Shown here in pieces: positions 26,495 to 35,231 of a DNA stretch of 64,000 nt. Source of the stretch: a bacterium (lineage in GTDB: Bacteria > Patescibacteriota > Saccharimonadia > Saccharimonadales > JAUPVS01); contig JAKOXV010000003.1 of assembly GCA_029780855.1 (NCBI GenBank), forward strand, positions 162,357 to 226,356, read 5' to 3'. The position numbers and the translations under genes are program-made. Positions within the stretch are counted from its first letter, which is position 1. Each line of letters begins with the position of its first letter. Below the pieces are notes generated by a model that saw nothing but the letters and a program-made list of their open reading frames with translations, was not told the DNA's origin and did no database searches.

Positions 26495-27315
26495 GCCAGT
26501 AGTAATTCGCGATGGGCGGCAACGTCATGAACCCGGAGGTATGCAGCGCCAGCACCTACGGCGATGGCGCCAGCATACAAGTTCCGTTCGCGCATCCAAG
26601 GTTTGTTGTCTTTCAGACTGTCGGCGTTTGGCAAGTACGTGCCGGTTTGCTGATCGCTTCTCAGGAACGATTTATTGGAGTAGCCAATCATAACAGGGGA
26701 GTCCACCCTGCGGCCAAATTTGAGCAACTCCCAGTTTAAACGCATGGTTTTACCAAATCCGATACCAGGGTCTAATATGATTGCTCCGGCAGAAACGCCG
26801 GCTGTAATCATTTGTTCACGTCGTTCCAAAAGTTCATCCACGACTTGTTGAGCAGAATCAATCTTGTGTTCGGCGGAGTGGGCGGCTTGAATATCCTGGC
26901 CGAATGAAGCAGGATGATGACTTACGATTGCTGGAAATTGGAGCTTAGCTACCGTCTCAACCATTTCAGGGTTATTAAAACCGGTTACATCGTTTACGAT
27001 TACCGGGCCCATATTGGCAGCCACCCAACGGACTGTTTCCGGACGGTAGGTATCGAGGGAAATCTGTTCGGTAAAGAGGGCGGCGTATTCGTTGAGTACG
27101 GGGCCTAGACGGCGCTTTTCTTCTTCAAAATCGATCGCTTCCGCTCCTGGTCTCGTGGATTCTGCACCGATATCAATAAATGCTGCACCTTCGTCAAAGA
27201 GCTGCCGGGCCTGCTTGAGTGCATCATAGGGGTCAAAGTACTTGCCGCCATCACTAAAGCTATCTGGTGTAATGTTTAATACGCCGACTAATTTGGTCCC
27301 CTCACTTTGTTCCAT
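26491..27315 (-). CDS. folP: dihydropteroate synthase
   Basis: GVLNITPDSFSDGG, DIGAESTRPG and the pterin-binding fold. Start set at MEQSEG rather than the longer ORF-track extension. Confidence 0.9.
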   Translation of the reverse strand: MEQSEGTKLVGVLNITPDSFSDGGKYFDPYDALKQARQLFDEGAAFIDIGAESTRPGAEAIDFEEEKRRLGPVLNEYAALFTEQISLDTYRPETVRWVAANMGPVIVNDVTGFNNPEMVETVAKLQFPAIVSHHPASFGQDIQAAHSAEHKIDSAQQVVDELLERREQMITAGVSAGAIILDPGIGFGKTMRLNWELLKFGRRVDSPVMIGYSNKSFLRSDQQTGTYLPNADSLKDNKPWMRERNLYAGAIAVGAGAAYLRVHDVAAHRELLLA

Positions 27316-27400
27316 GACTTTAAGTATAGCAAACAGAGGGATTTGGTTGTAAAAAATTGACTTTTGTGTTATTATACTTCTGTAAATTGAAAGTTTTGGA

Positions 27401-27973
27401 ATGAGATACATAACCGCCGGAATCATTGCGTTTTTCATCATCCTTTTTGGGGTGTTGTTGCTGACGCGCGGCGGCAATCAAACGGCAGTTTCTCCAAACG
27501 ACCGAGCTATAAAGCTTTCTAACTATGTCGCCAATCCGGATGCCAAGCTTGTATATATTAAAGACGGACCCATAAACGCTTCTCAAAACCACCGAGCAAT
27601 TCGGATTACGGTTACTCCAAACTTTAAAATCATCGACGTAATCCAGGGATATCAGGGTGCAGTTATTAAAACCGAAACATTTGCCAATTCTAACGATGCC
27701 TTCGGTCAGTTTTTAGCTGCTTTGGATAGGGTAGGCTATACCAAAGAAAACCGCGGCAAAAGCTATAAGGATTCGATTTCGGCTTGTCCTACGGCACTTC
27801 GGTACTACTATCGTATCTATGCATCTGATGAAGAAATTATGAACCTATGGTCGGCCTCCTGTACCACAGGCTCTTTTGCGGGTGATGTCCGCTCTACGCA
27901 GTCGCTATTTCAGGCGCAAATACCAGATTACTTTAAGTTTACCAATGGCGTGAACTTCGCGCTGAGCCAGTAG
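27401..27973 (+). CDS. hypothetical membrane-anchored protein
   Basis: N-terminal TM helix followed by a soluble domain. Confidence 0.5.
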   Translation: MRYITAGIIAFFIILFGVLLLTRGGNQTAVSPNDRAIKLSNYVANPDAKLVYIKDGPINASQNHRAIRITVTPNFKIIDVIQGYQGAVIKTETFANSNDAFGQFLAALDRVGYTKENRGKSYKDSISACPTALRYYYRIYASDEEIMNLWSASCTTGSFAGDVRSTQSLFQAQIPDYFKFTNGVNFALSQ

Positions 27974-27988
27974 TTTAGGTAGAATAGG

Positions 27989-28558
27989 GTGGTGATAAAA
28001 GCGGTACTCTTTGATTACTTTGGGGTGATTAGCTCCGATGAATACTGGCGCTATGTGCGTGAAGATAAAAATATGCAAGCTGGTTTTCATGAGTTGTCGG
28101 ACCAGGTGAACAGGGGAAAGATTAGCTGGCAGGATTTTGAAGCTATTGTGGCTGAAAGAACAGGAACAAGCCGCCGAGCGGTTCATGCCATGTACGAGCA
28201 AGCGAGAATTGACCCACGGGTACTTGCGTATGCCCACGATCTGCATGAAACGTATAAAACAGCCCTGGTGACAAACGCTCACCATGAGTTTCTAGACCCC
28301 ATTGTTTCCAGTGCTCACCTCAGTAACGTTTTTGACCAAATTATCCTGTCCTCACGCATTGGCGCCACAAAACCGCAACCCCGTATTTATGAGGTAACGG
28401 CCCAAACTCTGGGCGTAATGCCAGAGGAATGCATATTCATTGACGACATAGGGCGAAACGTCGATGGTGCTGAAGCGGTGGGGATGCATGGGGTGTTATA
28501 CCAAGATCTTGTAACCTGTAAAAGTGTTGTAAAAAAGATTTTGAAACAGCAGTCCTAG
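27989..28558 (+). CDS. HAD-superfamily hydrolase
   Basis: Motif I variant LFDYFGV and motif III/IV IFIDDIGRNVDGA. Confidence 0.72.
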   Translation: MVIKAVLFDYFGVISSDEYWRYVREDKNMQAGFHELSDQVNRGKISWQDFEAIVAERTGTSRRAVHAMYEQARIDPRVLAYAHDLHETYKTALVTNAHHEFLDPIVSSAHLSNVFDQIILSSRIGATKPQPRIYEVTAQTLGVMPEECIFIDDIGRNVDGAEAVGMHGVLYQDLVTCKSVVKKILKQQS

Positions 28559-28605
28559 AAGCGTATACCGTAAGGTATACATAAACGTAAGCAAGGAAAA
28601 CAAAC

Positions 28606-28779
28606 ATGGCAATCATCGAAAGCGATTTTCCAGTCGATGTAGTCGGTGAATCACTATTGCCTCCACCTGAAACCGAGTGGGATGCAATGAATCGGTACTT
28701 TGACTGGGTGCATAAAACTGGTTTTTGGGCTCTACAAGGTGCGGCAGCCGATGAACAGGCGCCTAACCAATCCGAATAA
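28606..28779 (+). CDS. possible small protein, 57 aa
   Basis: ATG after AAGGAAAA. It is below the ORF-track length cutoff and overlaps the next gene convergently. Confidence 0.25.
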   Translation: MAIIESDFPVDVVGESLLPPPETEWDAMNRYFDWVHKTGFWALQGAAADEQAPNQSE

Positions 28780-29074
28780 CAAGTTTCTTTTCGGTATTGC
28801 AGAGCTTTTTGAGCGCGTAAAGGTGTGGCCGTAGGGTCCCAGCGAGTGCGCTTGAGCGAACTGAAATAATTATTTGTGAATCGTGTAACCCGACGGCAAC
28901 GGTTTCATGCAAGTTTTCTTGAATGTAGTTTTTGATAGTAGTAATTTCTTCCGGTTGTTGATCAAACCTATTTGCCATTATGTCCTGGAGCGAGTGAATC
29001 ATACTGACATTATATCGTCCTATGTTAAATATACGATTGTTAATGCACTCAGTAGCGGGTATAGTAGCCTGCAA
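28763..29074 (-). CDS. hypothetical small protein (possibly DUF721-like)
   Basis: ORF of 103 aa. The family assignment is a weak guess. Confidence 0.4.
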   Translation of the reverse strand: MQATIPATECINNRIFNIGRYNVSMIHSLQDIMANRFDQQPEEITTIKNYIQENLHETVAVGLHDSQIIISVRSSALAGTLRPHLYALKKLCNTEKKLVIRIG

Positions 29075-29094
29075 CAGCGCATTATAAAGAGGGG

Positions 29095-29367
29095 ATGAGT
29101 CGTATGGGTGCAGATGCTAAAACCATCATAAGTGAACCAGTCGTGCTTGAAACGATTGAGCAGGTGGAAGCGTTACATGCAGTTTCAGAGTCCTACTTGG
29201 GGGACTCTCACGTTTTGGTAGGGCACTTGGCGGTGATGCTAGCACTTCCCAAAATGGGCGGTGCTTCACACCTGCCAATGGAGCTGACGTTCGGTGACGC
29301 CATAGTGGCGCGTGCTGTAATGCACGCCCATGAAATGGATGCCGAAGATTTTGGCCTGCTAGGTTGA
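29095..29367 (+). CDS. hypothetical small protein, 90 aa
   Basis: ORF immediately upstream of mutM. Confidence 0.4.
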   Translation: MSRMGADAKTIISEPVVLETIEQVEALHAVSESYLGDSHVLVGHLAVMLALPKMGGASHLPMELTFGDAIVARAVMHAHEMDAEDFGLLG

Positions 29368-29379
29368 TACAATAGGTGT

Positions 29380-30258
29380 ATGCCAGAGTTACCAGAGGTT
29401 GAAACGGTCCGGCGAGGTTTGAGTGATCTTTTGCCCGGAAAGACAGTTCTTGCAGTTTCACACGACACACCCAAAAGTTTTCCTAACGCACCAGCAGATG
29501 TGAAAGAATTCCTGATCGGTGCAAAAGTCGAAGCGGTGAAACGGCGGGCAAAGGTGCTCATTATTGAGCTCGATACTAAGTACAGTTTAATCATACATTT
29601 AAAGATGACCGGACAGCTCGTATTTAGGTCACGTGATGATAAAAAACGCTTTGGTGCAGGGCATCCTAATCGCAGTTTAATCGGCGATTTACCAGATAAA
29701 AGCACCCGAGTAATTTTTGAGTTCAACGAAGCATTTTTGTACTTTAACGATCAGCGCAAATTTGGATGGGTTCGGCTCGTCCCGACTGCTGAAATTCCTA
29801 ACATCGATTTCTTTAGAAAGGTTGGCCCTGAGCCTTTGGCGGCAGATTTTAAGCCACAAGATTTCAAAAATAGGATACGCAGACGACCTAATAGCACTAT
29901 AAAAGCGGTACTGTTGGACCAAACGGTCATTGCCGGTGTCGGTAACATTTACGCCGATGAAAGTCTGTGGACGGCACGCATTCATCCGGAAACAAAAGTT
30001 CGGGATATATCACCCATAAAACTAACGAAGCTGTATCATGGATTACGTGACGTCATGTTCCTGAGCATCGAGAAGGGTGGAAGTAGCGATAAGAATTATG
30101 TTGATGTTGCAGGCCGCCAGGGTAGCTACCTGCAGTTTGCCAATGTGTTCAGGCGCGAAGGAAAAGCATGTCCACGGTGCGGACATGAAATAATCAAGAT
30201 AAGGGTAGCAGGTCGCGGCACGCACCTGTGCCCACACTGCCAAAGGAAAGTATCGTGA
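29380..30258 (+). CDS. mutM: formamidopyrimidine-DNA glycosylase
   Basis: N-terminal [14 protein letters not shown] and C-terminal zinc finger CPRCGHEI...CPHCQ. Confidence 0.93.
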   Translation: MPELPEVETVRRGLSDLLPGKTVLAVSHDTPKSFPNAPADVKEFLIGAKVEAVKRRAKVLIIELDTKYSLIIHLKMTGQLVFRSRDDKKRFGAGHPNRSLIGDLPDKSTRVIFEFNEAFLYFNDQRKFGWVRLVPTAEIPNIDFFRKVGPEPLAADFKPQDFKNRIRRRPNSTIKAVLLDQTVIAGVGNIYADESLWTARIHPETKVRDISPIKLTKLYHGLRDVMFLSIEKGGSSDKNYVDVAGRQGSYLQFANVFRREGKACPRCGHEIIKIRVAGRGTHLCPHCQRKVS

Positions 30259-30686
30259 AGATTAAAATCGTCAACAAATCAAAGCATCCGCTACCCAAAC
30301 ATGAATCAGCCCACGCTGCAGCAGTTGATCTGCGCGCAAACTTGGAGGAGCCGATTACCCTCCAGCCGTTAGATCGCGAAATAGTTCCAACAGGTTTGTA
30401 CATCGCGCTGCCCGTAGGCTATGAAGCTCAAATACGCCCACGAAGCGGTCTGGCAATTAAGCATGGCATCACCATGATAAACGCACCTGGTACCGTCGAT
30501 GCTGATTATCGCGGCGAATACTGTGTACTTATGGTGAATTTAGGTAAGGAACCGTACACCATTCACGACGGAGACCGAATTGCTCAGATGGTTATTGCCC
30601 GACATGAAACGGTTGAGTGGGAAGAGGTCGCCGCTCTTGATCAGACCGACCGTGCTGCTAAACGTTTTGGAAGCACCGGTCGGTAA
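30255..30686 (+). CDS. dut: dUTP diphosphatase
   Basis: dUTPase motifs [16 protein letters not shown] and GSTGR. GTG start overlaps the mutM stop. Confidence 0.9.
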   Translation: MKIKIVNKSKHPLPKHESAHAAAVDLRANLEEPITLQPLDREIVPTGLYIALPVGYEAQIRPRSGLAIKHGITMINAPGTVDADYRGEYCVLMVNLGKEPYTIHDGDRIAQMVIARHETVEWEEVAALDQTDRAAKRFGSTGR

Positions 30687-30708
30687 CAGCTGTTAAAATA
30701 GATTTACA

Positions 30709-31626
30709 GTGATAACGACAGTAACAGGAACAAACGCGTATCTTGTACGCCAGGAGCTAGCTCGACTAACTGGAGATTTTGTTGGTCGGTACGGTGATTT
30801 AGGTTTGGAGCGGTTCGAGTGTGATTCGCTCGATCCAGCAAGTCTCCCGGCAATTTTACAGTCATTGCCGTTCTTGGCTGAAAAACGGTTGGTAGTGCTA
30901 CACAATCCAACGGCTCAAAAGGCCGTAGTTGAGCAGGTCGAAAAGCTGCTTGCCGATATTCCGGAAACCACCGATCTTATTATTGTTGAGCCAACGCTTG
31001 ATAAGCGGACCAGCTTTTATAAGGCATTAAAAAAAGACACCGAATTTAAGAGTTTTGATAGTCTCGACGAACGAAATCTGGTGAAATGGCTGGAAGCAAG
31101 CGCAAAAGAGCAGGGTGGCAGCATTAGTTCGGCCGACGCAAACTACTTGGTACGGCAGATCGGTACCAATCAATCTATGCTCGCCAACGAACTTTCCAAA
31201 CTAGTAGCCTATGATCCTCAGATAACAAAGCAAAGCATCGACCTGCTGACCGAACCGCTGCCCCTGAGTAGCGTGTTCGATCTTCTGGATGCGGCCCTGG
31301 CGGGTAATCGTAAAAAAATTGTTGCGCTCTATAAGGAACAACGACAGCAAAAGGTTGAACCGCATGCAATCTTGGGAATGCTTGCATGGCAATTGCATGT
31401 TTTGTCACTGCTTAAAACTTCCGCAGGTCGCGACCCTCAACAAATTGTGTCAGAGGGAAAAGTGAGCCCCTTTGTGGTTCGCAAGAGCCAAGGTGTAGCG
31501 GCGGCTCTGTCATTTGAAGACCTCAAACGATGGGTTCACGATGCCCGGCAACTGGATATGCGCCTAAAGTCAGAACCAATTGATGCCGATGATGCCATGC
31601 TTTACTACCTGCTCACCCTAAAATAA
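30709..31626 (+). CDS. holA: DNA polymerase III delta subunit
   Basis: HolA-like N-terminal domain and overall length and architecture. Confidence 0.72.
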   Translation: MITTVTGTNAYLVRQELARLTGDFVGRYGDLGLERFECDSLDPASLPAILQSLPFLAEKRLVVLHNPTAQKAVVEQVEKLLADIPETTDLIIVEPTLDKRTSFYKALKKDTEFKSFDSLDERNLVKWLEASAKEQGGSISSADANYLVRQIGTNQSMLANELSKLVAYDPQITKQSIDLLTEPLPLSSVFDLLDAALAGNRKKIVALYKEQRQQKVEPHAILGMLAWQLHVLSLLKTSAGRDPQQIVSEGKVSPFVVRKSQGVAAALSFEDLKRWVHDARQLDMRLKSEPIDADDAMLYYLLTLK

Positions 31627-31650
31627 AATCACCCCTAGGAAGGGGTGATT
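31627..31650. terminator. intrinsic terminator (mainly for minus-strand rpsT; convergent with holA)
   Basis: 10-bp stem AATCACCCCT/AGGGGTGATT, with a T-run on the minus strand. Confidence 0.65.
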
Positions 31651-31669
31651 GGTAGTGCAACCCAGTACC

Positions 31670-32023
31670 TTATTTAGTGGTTTTCTTGGCAGCAGGTTTC
31701 TTAGCGGCTGGCTTTTTTGCAGCAGCTTTTTTGGCAGCTGGCTTCTTGGCAGCAGGTTTCTTTGTTCCTGCAGCTGCTTTAGCAGCACGGGCAAGCTGAG
31801 CCTTCTTACGGGCAGCCTTGTTTTTGTGGATTACACCTTTTTTGGCAGCCTTATCAATAGCACTCTGGGCTTTTGACTGGGCTTTTTTGCTGTCTTTACC
31901 ACCGCTGATGGCAGCCTGGAAAGATTTGACTGCACTCTTAAGAGCGCGCTTAGTTTTGCTATTACGAATAGCCGCTTTCTGGGCGGTCTTTACTCGCTTT
32001 TTAGCTGACTTAATAATGGGCAT
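31670..32023 (-). CDS. rpsT: 30S ribosomal protein S20 with Lys/Ala-rich C-terminal repeat extension
   Basis: MPIIKSAKKRVKTAQKAA ... GVIHKNKAARKKAQLARAAK is S20. The tail (AKKPAAKK)n is encoded by tandem DNA repeats. Confidence 0.9.
   Translation of the reverse strand: MPIIKSAKKRVKTAQKAAIRNSKTKRALKSAVKSFQAAISGGKDSKKAQSKAQSAIDKAAKKGVIHKNKAARKKAQLARAAKAAAGTKKPAAKKPAAKKAAAKKPAAKKPAAKKTTK
31679..31772. repeat. coding tandem repeat (KKPAAKK units) in the rpsT 3' region
   Basis: Repeated ttcttggcagcaggtttc / ttggcagctggcttc units seen directly. Confidence 0.6.
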
Positions 32024-32192
32024 GTATTCCTGTCCTTTTACTTAGAATTTTGCTCGACACTAAACTATACCGGGATCATCCCTGTTTGTAAAGTGTTAAT
32101 GGTTCAGGTTTTTGCCAAGGTGACAAAATAGTAGACAAACATAAGCATTCATGGTAATTTTTATGGTATAGGTTCCCTAAAAACAAACACCC

Positions 32193-33989
32193 ATGGACCA
32201 AAGCGTAAAACAACAGATTATTGATCGCTTAAAGACAGCGAACAATGTGCTGGTAACGGTGAGTACTAACCCATCCGTTGACCAGCTTGCTGCTTGTATT
32301 GGTTTTACCTTGCTCCTGAACCATTTAGGAAAACACGGCACCGCAGTGTTCAGCGGTGAAGTGCCCTCAACCATCGAGTTTTTGAAACCCGAAGAAACCT
32401 TAGAAACTAACACCAATTCATTGCGTGATTTCATCATTGCCCTTGATAAATCCAAAGCCGATAAGCTGCGGTATAAAGTAGAAGATAAGGTTGTAAAGAT
32501 ATTCATTACGCCGTATCGGACTAGTTTAAGCCAAGAAGACCTTGAATTTAGCCAGGGTGATTTTAATGTTGATGTAGTTCTAGCGTTAGGCGTTAAAGAG
32601 CGCCAAGATCTTGATAGTGCAATTACCAATCACGGCCGGATTCTGCATGACGCTACGGTTATATCCGTGAATAATCACGAACAAGGTGACTTAGGGACGA
32701 TCAATTGGGTAGATTTAAACGCTTCGAGTCTGTGTGAGATGCTCGTAGATGTCAGTAAGGGATTAACATCCGATAAAATGGATACCCAGATGGCGACAGC
32801 CTTCATGACGGGAATCGTAGCTGAAACGGATCGGTTCAGCAATGACAAAACTAGCCCGCGGACGATGACCTTATCAGCCGAACTGCTCGGAGCAGGCGCC
32901 AACCAACAGTTAATCGCCAGCAAGCTTGAGCCAGAGGTCAACTTGCAAAAGCCAGCGGCAGCCGCACCACAAGCCGAGGCAGCTGAACCGGCATCCGAAA
33001 GTGCTGACGGTTCCCTGAAGATATCGCATGAAGAAAAGCAGGAAGAACCAGTGGAAACCGAACCAGACGTCGCAGCAGAACCAGAGCCCGAGGCAGAGGC
33101 AGTTCCAAGCAGCACAGCAGACGAAGAACCTGAACTAAAACTACCCGAGCCACCCAAGCCGAAAATTGGGAAGGCACGACCCACTGGTGAGGAGCCCTCA
33201 CACCTCCAAAATGCATCCAATATGGTGCTAGAACCCCCTACACTTGGTGGTCGCCTGACTGCTAATAGTGAACCGGAACACATGCATCTTGATCCTTCTA
33301 CAGACCCCCTAAGTACACCCTCTACACTTCAACACAAGATCCTAAACAGGGAAGGTGACGAGCCGGCTACATCATCAGTTCCAATCTCACCTCCACAACC
33401 GGCCAATCAGACGCTTACTAATTTAGAGAAAAACATCGGTAGTCCACATGCCGAACCTAAGCCTGAGCCACCTGCTATGCCCCCGAAAGCTCCTGAGGTC
33501 CCGCAGCCTAAGCCAGAGCCTACTGCTCCCCTAAAGCCGGAACCGCCAAAACCAGAACCCGTCATTCCCGTAGTGCCAGACACTCCGGAGCCTTCTGGGC
33601 CACCCGCAGAATCGGTGGATGATGCCCGGCAAGCTGTTGATCAGGCAATAAAAGCCGCCGGTGGAGATCAGACAACCCTTGATCCAATCGAAGCTCTCGG
33701 AGCACAGCCGGTAGATCTAAATCTTGGTCATCAATCGGGTCAAGAGCCTACTGTTCCGTCACCTCAGCGGGATAATACAGCTGATCAGGGTGATGATAAG
33801 GTGCCCACCGGGATGCCTGAACTACCAACCATGCCATTTCCGGGACCAATGCCTCCTTCGCCAACACAGGGGCCACAGTTACCCCCGAACCTAGTTCCCA
33901 ATAAACCTCCTGAAGATACATCCGGTAACAATGGCAGTTCTCCTACGCCTCCGCCGCCCGTTCCGCCGCCCATGACACCCTTCCAGTAG
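32193..33989 (+). CDS. NrnA-like DHH/DHHA1 phosphoesterase homolog with degenerate catalytic motifs and a roughly 350-aa Pro/Glu-rich disordered C-terminal region
   Basis: The N-terminal 240 aa align to NrnA blocks (NWVDLNASSLCEMLVDV, GIVAETDRF). DHH reads NNH, the DxD motif reads SVD, and GGGH reads GAGA. The rest is PEP/PKP low complexity. Confidence 0.7.
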   Translation: MDQSVKQQIIDRLKTANNVLVTVSTNPSVDQLAACIGFTLLLNHLGKHGTAVFSGEVPSTIEFLKPEETLETNTNSLRDFIIALDKSKADKLRYKVEDKVVKIFITPYRTSLSQEDLEFSQGDFNVDVVLALGVKERQDLDSAITNHGRILHDATVISVNNHEQGDLGTINWVDLNASSLCEMLVDVSKGLTSDKMDTQMATAFMTGIVAETDRFSNDKTSPRTMTLSAELLGAGANQQLIASKLEPEVNLQKPAAAAPQAEAAEPASESADGSLKISHEEKQEEPVETEPDVAAEPEPEAEAVPSSTADEEPELKLPEPPKPKIGKARPTGEEPSHLQNASNMVLEPPTLGGRLTANSEPEHMHLDPSTDPLSTPSTLQHKILNREGDEPATSSVPISPPQPANQTLTNLEKNIGSPHAEPKPEPPAMPPKAPEVPQPKPEPTAPLKPEPPKPEPVIPVVPDTPEPSGPPAESVDDARQAVDQAIKAAGGDQTTLDPIEALGAQPVDLNLGHQSGQEPTVPSPQRDNTADQGDDKVPTGMPELPTMPFPGPMPPSPTQGPQLPPNLVPNKPPEDTSGNNGSSPTPPPPVPPPMTPFQ

Positions 33990-34004
33990 GGTATACTAGG
34001 CGCC

Positions 34005-34691
34005 ATGGATGGATTTCTACTGATAGACAAGCCCAAAAATTGGACGTCTTTTGATGTAGTGGCTAAAATCCGAGGCATTGCCAAAGCAGAAACGGGTATA
34101 AAACGTTTCAAAGTCGGCCATGCCGGTACACTTGACCCCTTGGCCACTGGTCTGCTTATTATTTTGCTCGGTAAGTATACAAAACGGGCTGCTGAGTTCT
34201 CTAAATTGGATAAAACCTATGAAGTTACAGCATGCTTAGGAAAAACCAGTACAACTGGCGATGAAGAAGGTCAGAAGACAGAAGGGAGCGACAGCCAGCC
34301 TGCTCTGCAAGATATCCAGGCCGTTCTGGATGCCTTTACTGGTGAGCAATCTCAGGTTCCGCCACAATATTCAGCGGTAAAAGTAGGCGGCAAAAAGGCT
34401 TATGAGATTGCTCGAAAGGGCAGTACGGTAGCGCTAGAGCCTCGAACAATCACCGTTCACGAAATATCGGCGGTTCATTACGATTATCCGCTGCTATCTT
34501 TTAGAGTGAGCGTGTCGAGTGGTACGTACATTCGGTCATTGGTAGAAGACATCGGTACAGCCCTACATACCGGGGCCTATACTACCAATCTACGTCGAGT
34601 TAGTATCGGGGGTTATACTGTTACAAAAGCCCTAAGTGTAGAAAAAATTGATACACCGATCCTCAAGCAAAATCTGACCATGCTCGACTGA
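34005..34691 (+). CDS. truB: tRNA pseudouridine(55) synthase
   Basis: GHAGTLDPLATGLL catalytic Asp motif and TruB layout. Confidence 0.92.
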   Translation: MDGFLLIDKPKNWTSFDVVAKIRGIAKAETGIKRFKVGHAGTLDPLATGLLIILLGKYTKRAAEFSKLDKTYEVTACLGKTSTTGDEEGQKTEGSDSQPALQDIQAVLDAFTGEQSQVPPQYSAVKVGGKKAYEIARKGSTVALEPRTITVHEISAVHYDYPLLSFRVSVSSGTYIRSLVEDIGTALHTGAYTTNLRRVSIGGYTVTKALSVEKIDTPILKQNLTMLD

Positions 34692-34695
34692 AAAA

Positions 34696-34724
34696 AAATA
34701 TTGCCAAACAGTGGTCAGTGTGCT
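34696..34724 (+). promoter_or_regulatory. sigma-70 promoter for rpsO (TTGCCA, 17 nt, TGcTAGAAT extended -10)
   Basis: Hexamers and spacing read directly from sequence. Confidence 0.65.
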
Positions 34725-34776
34725 AGAATAGCCCTAACGCCATCAATCTCTTATCAATAAATTTACAAGGAAATAC

Positions 34777-35043
34777 ATGATTTCAACAGAGAAGAAGCAA
34801 GCAATCGTAAAGGATTTGCAGGTCAATAAGAAAGATAACGGTTCAGCAGAAGTACAAATTGGTATCCTAAGTGCTCGGATTGAGGAGTTAACCCAGCATC
34901 TTAAAGAGAACAAGAAAGACTTCATGGCTCGCCGAGGACTTTTGCAGATGGTCGGCAAACGACGCCGTTTGCTACGCTATCTCGCCAAGCAAGACAGCAA
35001 AAAGTACCTGGAGCTTACAGAAAAGCTCAAGATTCGTCGGTAA
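34777..35043 (+). CDS. rpsO: 30S ribosomal protein S15
   Basis: Typical S15 sequence (...GLLQMVGKRRRLLRYL...). Confidence 0.95.
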   Translation: MISTEKKQAIVKDLQVNKKDNGSAEVQIGILSARIEELTQHLKENKKDFMARRGLLQMVGKRRRLLRYLAKQDSKKYLELTEKLKIRR

Positions 35044-35231
35044 TTTGCATAGACTACTCCCGCCACAACCAGGCGGGACAAGCTTGTGCACATTAATAGA
35101 TCAAACTAGCTATTTGGGTGTAGGGAAGCAGATATATGGCGCTTGAATATTCAGCAAACGCACAAGGAGCTCCCGTATATTTGGCCCATACACCCAAAAA
35201 CAATTGACCAGAAAGGAACACCACGACAACA

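Noticed and set aside
31679-31772. Short direct repeats that could be mistaken for a CRISPR array, here and at 37338-37415
   Set aside because: Units are contiguous with no spacers, lie inside CDS (rpsT, pnp) and encode amino-acid repeats. No cas genes are present. No CRISPR array was found in the window.
32177-33283. Minus-strand ORFs (150 aa, 202 aa, 92 aa) within the DHH / Pro-rich gene
   Set aside because: They are antisense to a CDS with clear NrnA homology. The Pro/Glu-rich repeat region keeps alternative frames open.
35056-35075. Hairpin TCCCGCC-acaacca-GGCGGGA after rpsO, considered as a terminator
   Set aside because: No T-run follows and it sits in the 188-nt pnp leader. It is more likely a processing or autoregulatory stem than a terminator, and was not annotated because the evidence is weak.
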